Shown: positions 46,424 to 56,674 of the stretch, piece after piece
How the letters are laid out: each line of letters starts with the position of its first letter
Position numbering within the stretch: position 1 is the first letter of the stretch
Assembly: GCA_947306175.1 (NCBI GenBank)
Contig: CAMZFV010000003.1
Location: 51,869 to 115,868 of the forward strand
Length of the DNA stretch: 64,000 nucleotides
Direction: 5' to 3'
DNA from: an uncultured Prevotellaceae bacterium
GTDB taxonomy: Bacteria; Bacteroidota; Bacteroidia; Bacteroidales; Muribaculaceae
Notes under the pieces: model-generated
Told to the model about the DNA's origin: nothing
Databases searched by the model: none
The model's input: only the letters and a program-made list of their open reading frames with translations
Made by a program: the position numbers and the translations under genes

Positions 46424-46491
46424 TAGATATCAGGAAGCCAAATCCAGTTAACTCTTGACTTCTGACTCCTAACTCCTAACTCAAAAGCCCT

Positions 46492-47601
46492 ATGGATTGC
46501 AATAAGAATAACAATAATGACCCTAACAGACTGATTACTGTCGCCATCCACACGTTTGACCGCGCGGTGGATCTGAAGAATACCCTTGAGGAAGAAGGCA
46601 TCGAGGTGAAACTGCACAACGTGAACCTGGATGAGAAGGTGCTGGGCTCGGGCGTGAGGGTGCGCATCCGCGAGCGTGACCTGCCACAGGCGTTGCAGAT
46701 CATCGAGTCACCCGAGACCGTGACCAGCGACAAGCGCACTGTGCTGCTGCCGGTCGATTTCGGGAAATATTCGCTCAAGTCGGTGAAGTTGGGCATGGAG
46801 TATGCCCGTCGCAGTCGTGGCAAGGTATTGCTGCTGCACAGTTACATCAGTGAGCGTCATACGATGTCGTTGCCCTTTGGCAGCGACCGCTACGAGAGCC
46901 CCGAGGACAACTTTAAGAACATCAAGAAGAATGCCCATGAGCGAATGGACGAGTTCAAGAAGATGCTCATGGACAAAATCGCCGCTGGCGAATTGCCCAA
47001 GGTGAAAATTGAGACCAAAGTGACCGAGGGCATCCCCGAGGAGCGGATCCTGCATTATGCCCAGAAGAATGACGTGTCGCTGATCGTGATGGGCACCAGC
47101 GGCACCAACCGCCGCCGTCAGAACCTCATCGGTAGTGTAGCGGGCGAGGTGATGGATGCCTGCAAATTCCCGATCTTCACTGTCCCCATTGGCATGCCCG
47201 ACTGGAGTCTGACCGACATCACCCGCGTGGCGTTTTTCTCCAACCTCATCCAGCAGGACTTGATTTCGTTTGACCGCTTCGCACGCCTGTTCAACATGCG
47301 CGGGGTGGAGGTCACCATTATCCCTGTGGTCGATAAGAAGGAGCGCCGCTTGGTAGACCAGTCGCTACAACAGCTGGTGCAGTATTGCCGTGAGCATTAT
47401 CCCGAGTGCACCTTCAAGACCAAGCGCATCGCTGCCAAGACCTTCATGGAGAGCTTCGCTCAGTTTGCCAAGGACGAGGGCATCCAGCTCATCGCCGTCC
47501 CCAACAAGAAGTCAAGCATCTTCTCGCGTCTGTTCAATCCCAGCATCGCCCACCGCGTGCTGTTCCAGACCGACACTCCCATGCTGGTCGTTCCCGTGTG
47601 A
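46492..47601 (+). CDS. Universal stress protein (UspA domains)
   Basis: LLPVDF, LLLH, GIPEERI, LIVMGTSG, IGSVA, PMLVVP. Confidence 0.88.
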   Translation: MDCNKNNNNDPNRLITVAIHTFDRAVDLKNTLEEEGIEVKLHNVNLDEKVLGSGVRVRIRERDLPQALQIIESPETVTSDKRTVLLPVDFGKYSLKSVKLGMEYARRSRGKVLLLHSYISERHTMSLPFGSDRYESPEDNFKNIKKNAHERMDEFKKMLMDKIAAGELPKVKIETKVTEGIPEERILHYAQKNDVSLIVMGTSGTNRRRQNLIGSVAGEVMDACKFPIFTVPIGMPDWSLTDITRVAFFSNLIQQDLISFDRFARLFNMRGVEVTIIPVVDKKERRLVDQSLQQLVQYCREHYPECTFKTKRIAAKTFMESFAQFAKDEGIQLIAVPNKKSSIFSRLFNPSIAHRVLFQTDTPMLVVPV

Positions 47602-47647
47602 AACCAGACCTATTATTAACAAATATCCTGTTATCTTAATAAGTTTT

Positions 47648-47710
47648 GAAAATGTGTACACATTTTTGTACACATTTTCTTGCATATTTGATTTGACAGT
47701 GCTACCTTTG
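47648..47710 (+). promoter_or_regulatory. TA operator (two TGTACA cores) and -7 promoter
   Basis: gaaaatgTGTACAcattttTGTACAcattttc; TACCTTTG at 47703. Confidence 0.82.
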
Positions 47711-47735
47711 CACAAAACTTAAAATAGTAAAAGAG

Positions 47736-47987
47736 ATGACGACATTAACAGTCAGAAATTTCAGGAGCAATCTGGCAGCATCGCTTGACCGTGTTGACCG
47801 GGGTGAGCAGATTATGGTGCGTCGTGGCAACAAGATATATGCCATTATTGTTGTAGAGGATGGAGATCTTGAAATAACTCCTCAATTAGCCGAGAAGATT
47901 GATCAAGCTCGCCAAGAGTATCGCAATGGAACCACATTGGAGTTTGAAAATGCATCGGCGGCTCAACAATGGATGGATGAACTATGA
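47736..47987 (+). CDS. Phd/YefM-family antitoxin
   Basis: MTTLTVRNFRSNLA..LD.V..GE.I.V.R N-terminus; ATGA overlap with the toxin. Confidence 0.85.
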   Translation: MTTLTVRNFRSNLAASLDRVDRGEQIMVRRGNKIYAIIVVEDGDLEITPQLAEKIDQARQEYRNGTTLEFENASAAQQWMDEL

Positions 47988-48259
47988 GTTATAGAATTCA
48001 ATTTTCGGAGGAGGCTCAACGTGTCATCAAGAAATGGAAGAAGTCTAATCCAAGATCTTTCAAAAAACTCTATAGCTTGCTTCCCGAGTTGGAAGCCCAT
48101 CCAAGAACAGGCACTGGTCATCCCGAGCCTTTGAAGGGCTGTAGCGGTATCACCTATTCGCGGCGATTGTCAGGACAAGACCGCATCATCTACGATATCT
48201 ATGATGACGTGGTCACCGTGCTGGTTATTTCAGTTGAAGGCCACTACGATGATAAGTGA
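47984..48259 (+). CDS. yoeB: Txe/YoeB family toxin
   Basis: HPRTGTGHPEPLKG, YSRRL...DRIIY, GHY C-terminus. Confidence 0.9.
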   Translation: MSYRIQFSEEAQRVIKKWKKSNPRSFKKLYSLLPELEAHPRTGTGHPEPLKGCSGITYSRRLSGQDRIIYDIYDDVVTVLVISVEGHYDDK

Positions 48260-49269
48260 GTGGGTCTTGATAGTTGTTTAAGGAGTTTTTCGATTAAGCG
48301 GGGCTGGGCGTAGTTGTCCAGCTCCTGCTCTTTTATCCAGATGTATTCATCGGGCAGGATGGGGCGCGTGTGTGGCTCGGCGAGATAGAAGTCGGCGAGA
48401 AGGATGCGGTGGGTCAGCACGTGCTTGACGCCGCTGGCCAGCAGTGTGAGGGGGCATCCCAAGTCGGGTAGGGGGGCGTCCTCGATGAGCAGGGGCTCCC
48501 ACAGCCCTTGCCAGATGTCCCCGGCAGGACGGCGGCGCAATGCCGTCATCCCCTCATGGTGGATGTAGATGTAGGTCAGATGGCGCTCTTTTACCGTTAG
48601 TTTCTTTTCCTTGACAGGCAATTGTCCGACGCGGCCCGTCCGCAGGGCGTCGCAGGTCTCGGCAAAGGGACAGTCCAGGCAGCGTGGCGAACGGGGCGTG
48701 CACCAGGTGGCGCCAAAGTCCATCATCGCCTGATTGAAGGTGCCTGCATCCTCCTTGGGCAGCAGATCGGTGGCGAGTGCCTCAAAGGTGTGTTTCCCTC
48801 TAGCCGTGTTGATGGGCACGTCGATGCCGTAGTGTCGGGCAAGGACACGATAGACATTGCCGTCAACGGCAGCGGCCGGCAGGCCGAATGCCATCGACCC
48901 CACCGCGGCAGCAATGTAATCCCCCACACCCTTGAGGGCACGCAGTCCCTCTATGGTGTGCGGGAAACCGCCCTGCTCAACAATCTGGCGGGCGGCGGCA
49001 TGCATGTTGCGGGCACGGTTGTAGTAGCCAAGGCCTTGCCACAGCCTGAGCACTTCGTCCTCGCTAGCGGCAGCGAGCGCCTCGACCGTCGGGAAGCGTT
49101 CCATGAAGCGGTGCCAGTAGTCGGTGCCCTGGTCGATGCGTGTTTGTTGCAGGATGACCTCGCTCACCCAGATGCCGTATGGGTTGCCGATGCCACGCCA
49201 CGGTAGTTCGCGCCCATATTGCGCAAACCACCTCAACAACACTGCTGCAAATGATGACTGCTCTTTCAA
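48244..49269 (-). CDS. mutY: A/G-specific adenine glycosylase
   Basis: LPWR, WVSEVILQQT, WQGLGYY.RARN, LKGVG.Y.A, VDGNV.RV, CTPRSPRCLDCP....C Fe-S motif; TTG start. Confidence 0.94.
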   Translation of the reverse strand: MKEQSSFAAVLLRWFAQYGRELPWRGIGNPYGIWVSEVILQQTRIDQGTDYWHRFMERFPTVEALAAASEDEVLRLWQGLGYYNRARNMHAAARQIVEQGGFPHTIEGLRALKGVGDYIAAAVGSMAFGLPAAAVDGNVYRVLARHYGIDVPINTARGKHTFEALATDLLPKEDAGTFNQAMMDFGATWCTPRSPRCLDCPFAETCDALRTGRVGQLPVKEKKLTVKERHLTYIYIHHEGMTALRRRPAGDIWQGLWEPLLIEDAPLPDLGCPLTLLASGVKHVLTHRILLADFYLAEPHTRPILPDEYIWIKEQELDNYAQPRLIEKLLKQLSRPTHLSS

Positions 49270-49284
49270 CTTTATCTTATAACG

Positions 49285-51126
49285 TTACTCAAGAGGCAGG
49301 ATGTTCTTGAAGTTCTTCCAGTTCTTGGCGCTGCGATAGGCATTGACCGATGTGGCGGGGACATAGAGTTCCACCTTGTTGTTGCTCTCCTTGTCGAGGG
49401 TGGGCGGCAGGATGGCATGGCACTCGATGCGCGTGAGGTTCTTGCACTTCTCGGCCGCCTTCTTACCGATATGGGTCACGGTCTCGGGGATGATCAGCAC
49501 CGGGATGGCGGTCTCGCGTAGGGCGTTGTCGCCGATGGTGAGCAAGCCGTTGTTCAGGTTAATCTTGGTGATGGATGAACACTCGCGGAAGGCTTCTTTG
49601 TCAAGCGTGGTACACAAGTCGGGCAGGGTCACATTCGTCAGTCCCTTGCAGTTCTTGAAGGCGCGCTCACCGATGGTCACCACACCCTCGGGCAAGTCCA
49701 GGGATTTCAAGGCGCAATTCTCAAAGGCCTCCTTGCTGATGGTGGTCAGGTCTTCGGGCAGGGTGATATTTGCCAATGCCTTACAGTTCTTGAAGGCATG
49801 TTCTCCGATGGTGTTGATTTGGGAAGATAAGTCAACCCAAGTCAGAGCCGTGCAACCCTCAAAGGCGGACTGTGGAACTTCATACAACCGATTGGCGGTC
49901 ACCGATTCAAGGGCTTTGCAGTCACCAAAGGCCCGCTTGCCCAGCTTCCTGACGCCAGGCAGATCCACCTGCTGCAGCTGTGAACACTCATAGAAGGCAC
50001 ATTCTCCAATCTCGACGACACTTGCCGGGATGGAGATAGCGGTGAGTTTAGCGCATTTGTTGAAGGCATAGGCACCGATATGTGTTACTCCGTCAGAGAT
50101 GGAGATTCTTGACAGTTGGGAATGGGTGAAAGCCCTCTTCGCAATGGCATCCACATCGTCGGGGACCATAAACATGCCGGTGCGTGCGGCGGGACAGAGC
50201 AACAGCACTTTTCCCGTATTGTCGTACAGCACACCGTCCTCGAAGGTGTAATAGCGGCTGCCGTTCTCTACGGTGATTTCCTCCAGTTTCTTCATGACGC
50301 CCAGATTGTCGTCCACAATCTGGGTCGAGGCAGGAAGGTCGAGCAAGATGAGTGGCGTGTCGTCAAAGGCCTCGGCGCCGAGGGTCAGCAGGCCGTAAGG
50401 CAATGTCACGCGCTGCAAGCCAGTGCCCTTGAAGGCCTTCTTGCCAATCTCGGTGAGTGAGCGGGGCAGGGTGATGGATTTCAGATTGTAACAACCCTCA
50501 AAGCACTCTTCGCCGATGTATTCCAGGCCCTCACTCATCATGATGTATTCCAGCTTGTAGCAGTTGTTGAAGGCGTTATCACCGATCGACCTCACGGTAG
50601 AAGGCATGATGACCTCTTCCAGGTCGCCGCAGCCCCGCAGGGCGTTATTGGCGATGCGCTTAGTGCGCTCGGGCAGCACGATGGAACGCAGGTTGCTGCA
50701 ATAGGACAAAGCGTCGCCCAGAACATCACGTTCGCCGTTGTTGCCGAGCAATCCTTTGGTGCCGGCGCTCATGATGCGGGCTCGTTCCAGCTCCAAGTCG
50801 ATGTAGTTGTCAATCCTCTTCTCGCGGTTGTCGTAACAGTGTGACCGTTTGCACAGTTTCTTGATGAACTCAAAATCTTTGGAATCCATAGGTCCCTCGA
50901 TGCGCAACAGGCGCACGCGCTCCATCATGTTGGCGGGCATTTTTGCCTCAAGGGTGCCAGGGTCATTGAGGCGAAGCTCAACAACATCGCCGTAGGTGTT
51001 AGCACGGCTATAGCGGTCACGATAGCGCCTGTCACCACGGCTGCCATATTGTGCGCCAGCGGGCAAGGCAATCGCCATTACCAGCAACAACGTGGCCATC
51101 CATCTCAAGAAGTGTCTGGTTCTCAT
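49285..51126 (-). CDS. BspA-like leucine-rich repeat (LRR_5) exported protein
   Basis: Signal peptide; many L..I.LP..L..IG..AF..C repeats; C-terminal LYVP..SV.AY..A..WK.F. Confidence 0.9.
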   Translation of the reverse strand: MRTRHFLRWMATLLLVMAIALPAGAQYGSRGDRRYRDRYSRANTYGDVVELRLNDPGTLEAKMPANMMERVRLLRIEGPMDSKDFEFIKKLCKRSHCYDNREKRIDNYIDLELERARIMSAGTKGLLGNNGERDVLGDALSYCSNLRSIVLPERTKRIANNALRGCGDLEEVIMPSTVRSIGDNAFNNCYKLEYIMMSEGLEYIGEECFEGCYNLKSITLPRSLTEIGKKAFKGTGLQRVTLPYGLLTLGAEAFDDTPLILLDLPASTQIVDDNLGVMKKLEEITVENGSRYYTFEDGVLYDNTGKVLLLCPAARTGMFMVPDDVDAIAKRAFTHSQLSRISISDGVTHIGAYAFNKCAKLTAISIPASVVEIGECAFYECSQLQQVDLPGVRKLGKRAFGDCKALESVTANRLYEVPQSAFEGCTALTWVDLSSQINTIGEHAFKNCKALANITLPEDLTTISKEAFENCALKSLDLPEGVVTIGERAFKNCKGLTNVTLPDLCTTLDKEAFRECSSITKINLNNGLLTIGDNALRETAIPVLIIPETVTHIGKKAAEKCKNLTRIECHAILPPTLDKESNNKVELYVPATSVNAYRSAKNWKNFKNILPLE

Positions 51127-51356
51127 CTTAATCAGTTATTTGGTTATTCACCGCAAAGTTATACAATATCGTCCACAACGGCAAATCCTTGTCAGAGTTT
51201 ACACTTTAACGGGATGAATATGGCATCGTTTTCTCTTGTATGTTGACATAAAAGCAACCGTTTTCAAATAAAAAACGGTGATTTGATTGATTTTTTAAAG
51301 AATTGTAGTACTTTTGTAAAAAATGATTAATAAATAACCTCTAAAAATGATTTTTG

Positions 51357-52478
51357 ATGATGAAGAGACTATTCTTGACCCTATTTGGATTGATGCTGCT
51401 GCTCCCCATGTTTGCCCAGGGTGACGGCAATAATCCGATTTTCACGAAGCCCAAATTCAGCGGCTTTGCCATGGCTTCTTATCAAGCGACGTTCCAGGAC
51501 GGCAACAACAGCAACTCGTTTGACCTGAGGCTCGTCAGGGCTTCAATCGAGGGCCGCATCCTGAATGACTTCTATTACAAGATTCAGGGCCAGATTAACG
51601 GCAACACCACGACGCTGGGCAGCAGCCCGCGCCTGGTCGATTACTTCATGGAGTGGCAGAAGTTTGACTTCTTCCGCGTGAAGTTAGGCCAGTTCAAGCG
51701 CCCGTTCACCTACGAGAACCCGATGAATCCCATCGACCAGGGCTTTATGGGCTACTCGCAGCCCGTGAGCAAGCTGGCTGGCTTCAGCGACCGCACGGGT
51801 ATGCATGCGAGCAACGGACGTGACATCGGTCTGCAGTTCCAGGGTGATTTCCTCAAGAATGGCAGCGGCCGCAACCTGTTGCACTACCAGGTGGGCGTGT
51901 TCAACGGCCAGGGCATCAATGTCAAGGACGTGGATGAGCGCAAGGACATCATCGGCGGTGCTTGGGTTATGCCCATCAGTGGTATGCGCCTTGGCGCCTT
52001 TGGCTGGGAAGGTTCCTATGCACGCAAGGGCGGTGGCCAGACCGTGAGCCTGCGTCAGCACCGTTATGCCTTCAGTGCCGAGTATAAGAAGGGCGACCTG
52101 CAGCTGCGCACCGAGTATATCCACTCGACAGGCCGTGGGTTTGCTACCACCTACCAGAATACCGCTAACGCCAGCGACCTCACCATCAAGACCTATACCG
52201 ACAAGAACGGCAACGAAGTCGCCAATGACAAGTCCGACGGTATCTATGCACTCGCCATCGTGCCTGTTGTCAAGGACAAACTAATGGCCAAGGCACGTTA
52301 TGACCTGTACCGTCCCACCGCCTCCTCGGTGGCCGCCAAGACCAACTATGAGGTCGGTTTGAACTACCGCTTCTGCAAGTACCTTGAGGTGCAGTCCGAG
52401 TATTGCTTTACCCACGACCGCGCTCTTGCCAAGCCCGACTACAGTTCCATCTTCCTGCAAGTCTCCATCCGGTATTAG
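51357..52478 (+). CDS. OprO/OprP-like porin
   Basis: Signal peptide, GQFKRPF..EN, GRDIG, GVFNG.G, C-terminal VSIRY. Confidence 0.82.
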   Translation: MMKRLFLTLFGLMLLLPMFAQGDGNNPIFTKPKFSGFAMASYQATFQDGNNSNSFDLRLVRASIEGRILNDFYYKIQGQINGNTTTLGSSPRLVDYFMEWQKFDFFRVKLGQFKRPFTYENPMNPIDQGFMGYSQPVSKLAGFSDRTGMHASNGRDIGLQFQGDFLKNGSGRNLLHYQVGVFNGQGINVKDVDERKDIIGGAWVMPISGMRLGAFGWEGSYARKGGGQTVSLRQHRYAFSAEYKKGDLQLRTEYIHSTGRGFATTYQNTANASDLTIKTYTDKNGNEVANDKSDGIYALAIVPVVKDKLMAKARYDLYRPTASSVAAKTNYEVGLNYRFCKYLEVQSEYCFTHDRALAKPDYSSIFLQVSIRY

Positions 52479-52585
52479 ACTGGATGGTCTGGAAGAACTG
52501 GAGAGACTGGACAAGGGATTGATCCGCATAACGCGGACGCCAACTATTATCTATTCACTGTTAACTATTAACTAAAAGATACGAT

Positions 52586-54049
52586 ATGTCACTTATTATG
52601 ATTTTGCAGCTCCTCATTGTGCTAGGAGCGTTGTGGCTGGGTTCCCGATATGGTAGCCTGGCGTTGGGAGCCATCTCGGGCATCGGCCTCGCCATCCTCG
52701 TGTTTGGCTTCGGTCTGAAACCGGGTACACCACCCACCGACGTGATTTACATCATCATTGCCGCCGTCACCTGTGCGGGTATCATGCAGGCCTCTGGCGG
52801 TATGGACTGGCTGATTCAGTTGGCCGAGAAGATGCTGCGCAAGCATCCTGACCGCATCACGTTCCTCGCTCCGCTGTGTACCTTCTTCCTGACGGTGCTC
52901 GTCGGCACGGGTCACGTGGTTTACACCTTAATGCCCATTATCTGCGACATCGCCATCAAGAAGGGAATCCGCCCCGAGCGTCCTTGCGGTATCGCCAGCA
53001 TCGCGTCCCAGATTGGTATCACCTGTTCGCCCATCGCGGCAGCTGTGGTAGCATTCATCACCATCTCGGGAGCCAACGGCTACAACATTACCATCCCGCA
53101 GGTGCTCATGGTGACCATTCCCGCCTGCTTGTTGGGTATTATCATCGCATCTATTGCTTCCTACAAGCGAGGCAAGGATTTGGATAAGGACCCCGAGTTC
53201 CAGAAGAAAATTGCCGATCCTGCCCAGCGTGAGTACATCTACGGCGGCAACGCCACCACCCTCGACAAGAAGATCGCCCCCGAGAGCAAGCGTGCCGTCT
53301 ATATCTTCTTTGGCGCCCTGCTGGTCATCGTGTTCTTCGCCATCTTCCAGGAACTGTTACCTGCCTACGATACCATCAAGGCCATCGATGGTGATGCCAC
53401 CGTCGAACTCCTCGGCTCGCGCGTGACCATCACTGCCGACCAATTGGCCAAATTGGGTATTGCTGTAGAGGGCGTGACCAAGATTCATACCGCACCCCTG
53501 AAAATGAATCTTGTCATCCAGATCGTGATGATTACTGCAGCCGCATTGATGATCATCTTCTGCAAGGCGAAGCCCAAAAAGGCTATCGCTGGCCCCGTTT
53601 GGCAGAGCGGTATGGTAGCCGTGGTTGCCATCTATGGCATTGCATGGTTGGCCGATACCTATTTTTCCAACTATCTGCCAGAAATCCAAAATATGCTTGC
53701 AGGCATGGTAGAGAAGTACCCGTGGTCAATTGCCTTTGCCTTCTTCCTCGTGTCGGTGCTTGTCAACTCTCAAGGTGCTGTGGTAGTATCCATGCTGCCG
53801 CTGGCCTATGGACTAGGTATTGACGGTTGGGTGCTGTTGGGTGTGTTGCCCTCGGTTTATGGCTACTTCTTTATCCCCAACTACCCCTCGGACATCGCCA
53901 CGGTGAACTTTGACCGAACGGGTACCACCGTCATTGGCAAATACCTGCTGAACCACTCGTTCATGATGCCTGGTCTGGTTCACACCGTTGTCGCCTGTGT
54001 TGCCGGCTACCTCATCGCCTTCCTTTACCACTCCATGGGTTGGATCTAA
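52586..54049 (+). CDS. Anaerobic C4-dicarboxylate transporter (DcuA/DcuB family)
   Basis: GTGHV, IRPERP, ASQ..ITCSP, NSQ, FFIPNYP, DRTGTT.IGKY..NHSF..PG. Confidence 0.92.
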   Translation: MSLIMILQLLIVLGALWLGSRYGSLALGAISGIGLAILVFGFGLKPGTPPTDVIYIIIAAVTCAGIMQASGGMDWLIQLAEKMLRKHPDRITFLAPLCTFFLTVLVGTGHVVYTLMPIICDIAIKKGIRPERPCGIASIASQIGITCSPIAAAVVAFITISGANGYNITIPQVLMVTIPACLLGIIIASIASYKRGKDLDKDPEFQKKIADPAQREYIYGGNATTLDKKIAPESKRAVYIFFGALLVIVFFAIFQELLPAYDTIKAIDGDATVELLGSRVTITADQLAKLGIAVEGVTKIHTAPLKMNLVIQIVMITAAALMIIFCKAKPKKAIAGPVWQSGMVAVVAIYGIAWLADTYFSNYLPEIQNMLAGMVEKYPWSIAFAFFLVSVLVNSQGAVVVSMLPLAYGLGIDGWVLLGVLPSVYGYFFIPNYPSDIATVNFDRTGTTVIGKYLLNHSFMMPGLVHTVVACVAGYLIAFLYHSMGWI

Positions 54050-54054
54050 AAGGC

Positions 54055-54116
54055 AACAACTGATAAATCTGATATTTCTGATTGCACGGGTCGGTTTGCG
54101 GCCCGTGCAATTTGTT
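54055..54116 (+). repeat. 9-mer tract plus hairpin (terminator-like); second copy at 56684-56745
   Basis: aac.actga.aa.tctgatatttctgattgcacgg...cggcccgtgcaat.tgtt in both places. Confidence 0.8.
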
Positions 54117-54340
54117 TTATCCGGGATCAGCATTCATTCCTTGTTGAGTGTCAAGTTCACGTGGGTGGGAGAGGGAAAAGTGTCTAAAAATTTGACATTT
54201 TTTTGAGAAAAAACGGATGATTGCCATCATTCTGCATAAAAAGACTTGACAGTGTTTTTCTATTGTGATAACTTTGTGATGCCATTGGAACCATTACCAA
54301 GTTGCCATGGCATCTTATTGTCACTAAAAAGTTGAATGTT

Positions 54341-56674
54341 ATGAGAAATAGAATACTGATTTTAGTCCAATTGCTTGTATGGACCGCTATTGCTGCTCAT
54401 GGAGCAAACATCAATACTGAAAAGGCACGTGCGGCCGCAGCCGGTTTCTTGACATCAAACGGCAGCTTCAAGGCCAGCACGCCAGCGTCAACGCTTCGAC
54501 TGGTCCACAGTGAGTCGTCATCAGTCGATGCACGGTTAAATGACTATTATGTTTTCAACACGGGTGACAACAGCCGCTATGTGATTGTTGCCGGAGACGA
54601 CCGCGCTGAGACTATCCTGGCCTACGGCGAGGGCGCTGTTGACATGGGCAACCTGCCCGAAGGCATGCAGTTCCTCCTTGAACTCTATAAGGGGCAGCTT
54701 GATTACCTGCACGCCCATCCCGAGTATGTCGTCAACAAGGCTCCGCGGTACGCGTCAAGCAGCGTTTCTCCTCTACTTAGCACCAAATGGAATCAAGGTG
54801 AGCCCTATAATTGCATGTGCCCTATGGACAATGGCAAGCGCAGTGTGACGGGTTGTGCCGCAACTTCAATGTCGATGGTGTTCCACTTCTGGCAATATCC
54901 TGAACGCATTAACACGACAATTCCAGGCTACACCACCAAGACCAAGCATATTGAGGTCGAGGCACTGTCGCCCACATCGTTTGACTGGAGCTATATGCTC
55001 AATAGCTATACCAATGGCTCATACAATAATGTCCAGTCAAATGCAGTGGGCAAGTTGATGCGTTATGTCGGTCAGGCCGAAAAAATGGATTATACTTCAC
55101 AATCAAGCGGAGCCAGTATCGTCAATATGCTCAATACCGTTATGCTCTTTGGTTATGACCAGGATGCGTATGTTCATATGAAGATGGACGACGAGACGGG
55201 AGACGTGTATTTCAACGACGAGGAATGGGCTGCCAATCTCCAATATGAGCTCAAAGCGGGACGGCCGATTGTGTATGTGGGCAATTCGGCTGACGGTAGC
55301 GGTCATGCCTTCAATGTTGACGGCTATGATGCGGCTCGAGACGCTTTCCATGTCAACTTTGGCTGGGGTGGAAATTACAACGGCTACTATGTTTTAAATG
55401 CCTTTGACGGCGCTGGCTCGGTGTACAATCTCTACCAGTGCTATTTTTCCAACCTGCAGCCGCCCGTGACCACCCCGACCATCAAAATGCTGACCGACAG
55501 GATCTATATTTACGGATATACCCATACCGAGACGGTCAACTACTTTTCAGTTAAGGGCAGTAGCCTGATCAACGATGTCAACATCACGCTCAACGACCAG
55601 AGCGGCAGCTTTACCATCACCAAGACACATCTGAGCCTTGATGAAGTCAAGGAAGGCTTCCACGTGCCTGTGATCTATAATCCGCTCTTTCCCGGCACGC
55701 AAACCGCTACGGTGACCTTGACCAGTGAGGGTGCCCAGCCAGTGACCTTAACACTCATAGGTAGAGCCACGATGGAAAAGCACGACCCTGTCATGTTGCA
55801 GCCCATCCAGCTGTCGGGATCTTCCTTCAAGGCCCAGTGGCAGGACAGCACGCCATCGAGCAATGTGAAGTACTACCGCATGGAATTGAACTATTGGCCG
55901 CCCACCAAACTGTTACTGGAACAGTCTTTTGAGCACATAACTGCTGGTGCTGGCACCACTGATGTGTCGCTCAGTTTGGACGAATACACCTCAGTGCCGG
56001 GTTGGACTGGCTTTAGGGTGTATACTGGCAACGGATACCTCAGCATCGGATCGGATGTCTTCTCGGGCCGACTGACGACCCCACCCCTTGACGTCAGCGA
56101 CAGCAACGGGCAGTTAACGGTACGCATCACGGCCAAGTGCCCTGATATTATGCTCATGAGCAATCTCACAGTCTCCTTTGGCGAATACGACACGACAATT
56201 GTAATCACTCCTAATGGATATGAAAATGTGGTTTCGCTGCCGTGCGGCACCAGCGGCACGGAAACTGTCACCTTCAGCAAGAAGGTGAAGGGACAATCAG
56301 TCATGCTCCACAAGGTTACCATTGTGGCGGGTAATGACGTCTATGACATCAATCCCGATGAAGCGACCGTTTATGGGAACATTCGCGGTAAATCTTTCGA
56401 CGTCAAGGGTGTTGAACCAGGAAACTATGCCATGCGAGTTCAGGCCGTGTACATCGACAACACCGTCTCGCAATGGAGCGAATATCAGCGATGGCAACTT
56501 AACGCGATCAGTGGCGACGTCAACCTGGATCAAGAAGTCAATATCGCCGACATCAACATGGCCATCAACATGATTATCGATGATAACCATGACTCGGTTG
56601 GCGATGTAAACAAGGACGGCGAAATCAACATTGCCGATATCAACGCCATCATCGACATCATCCTAGGAAAGTAA
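54341..56674 (+). CDS. C10 (streptopain-like) cysteine peptidase with prodomain and C-terminal dockerin-like domain
   Basis: YYVFN/IVAGDDR prodomain, WNQ..PYN, TGCAAT (Cys), GHAF.VDGY (His), NFGW.G; twin GDVN.D..(V/I)NIADIN repeats. Confidence 0.92.
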   Translation: MRNRILILVQLLVWTAIAAHGANINTEKARAAAAGFLTSNGSFKASTPASTLRLVHSESSSVDARLNDYYVFNTGDNSRYVIVAGDDRAETILAYGEGAVDMGNLPEGMQFLLELYKGQLDYLHAHPEYVVNKAPRYASSSVSPLLSTKWNQGEPYNCMCPMDNGKRSVTGCAATSMSMVFHFWQYPERINTTIPGYTTKTKHIEVEALSPTSFDWSYMLNSYTNGSYNNVQSNAVGKLMRYVGQAEKMDYTSQSSGASIVNMLNTVMLFGYDQDAYVHMKMDDETGDVYFNDEEWAANLQYELKAGRPIVYVGNSADGSGHAFNVDGYDAARDAFHVNFGWGGNYNGYYVLNAFDGAGSVYNLYQCYFSNLQPPVTTPTIKMLTDRIYIYGYTHTETVNYFSVKGSSLINDVNITLNDQSGSFTITKTHLSLDEVKEGFHVPVIYNPLFPGTQTATVTLTSEGAQPVTLTLIGRATMEKHDPVMLQPIQLSGSSFKAQWQDSTPSSNVKYYRMELNYWPPTKLLLEQSFEHITAGAGTTDVSLSLDEYTSVPGWTGFRVYTGNGYLSIGSDVFSGRLTTPPLDVSDSNGQLTVRITAKCPDIMLMSNLTVSFGEYDTTIVITPNGYENVVSLPCGTSGTETVTFSKKVKGQSVMLHKVTIVAGNDVYDINPDEATVYGNIRGKSFDVKGVEPGNYAMRVQAVYIDNTVSQWSEYQRWQLNAISGDVNLDQEVNIADINMAINMIIDDNHDSVGDVNKDGEINIADINAIIDIILGK

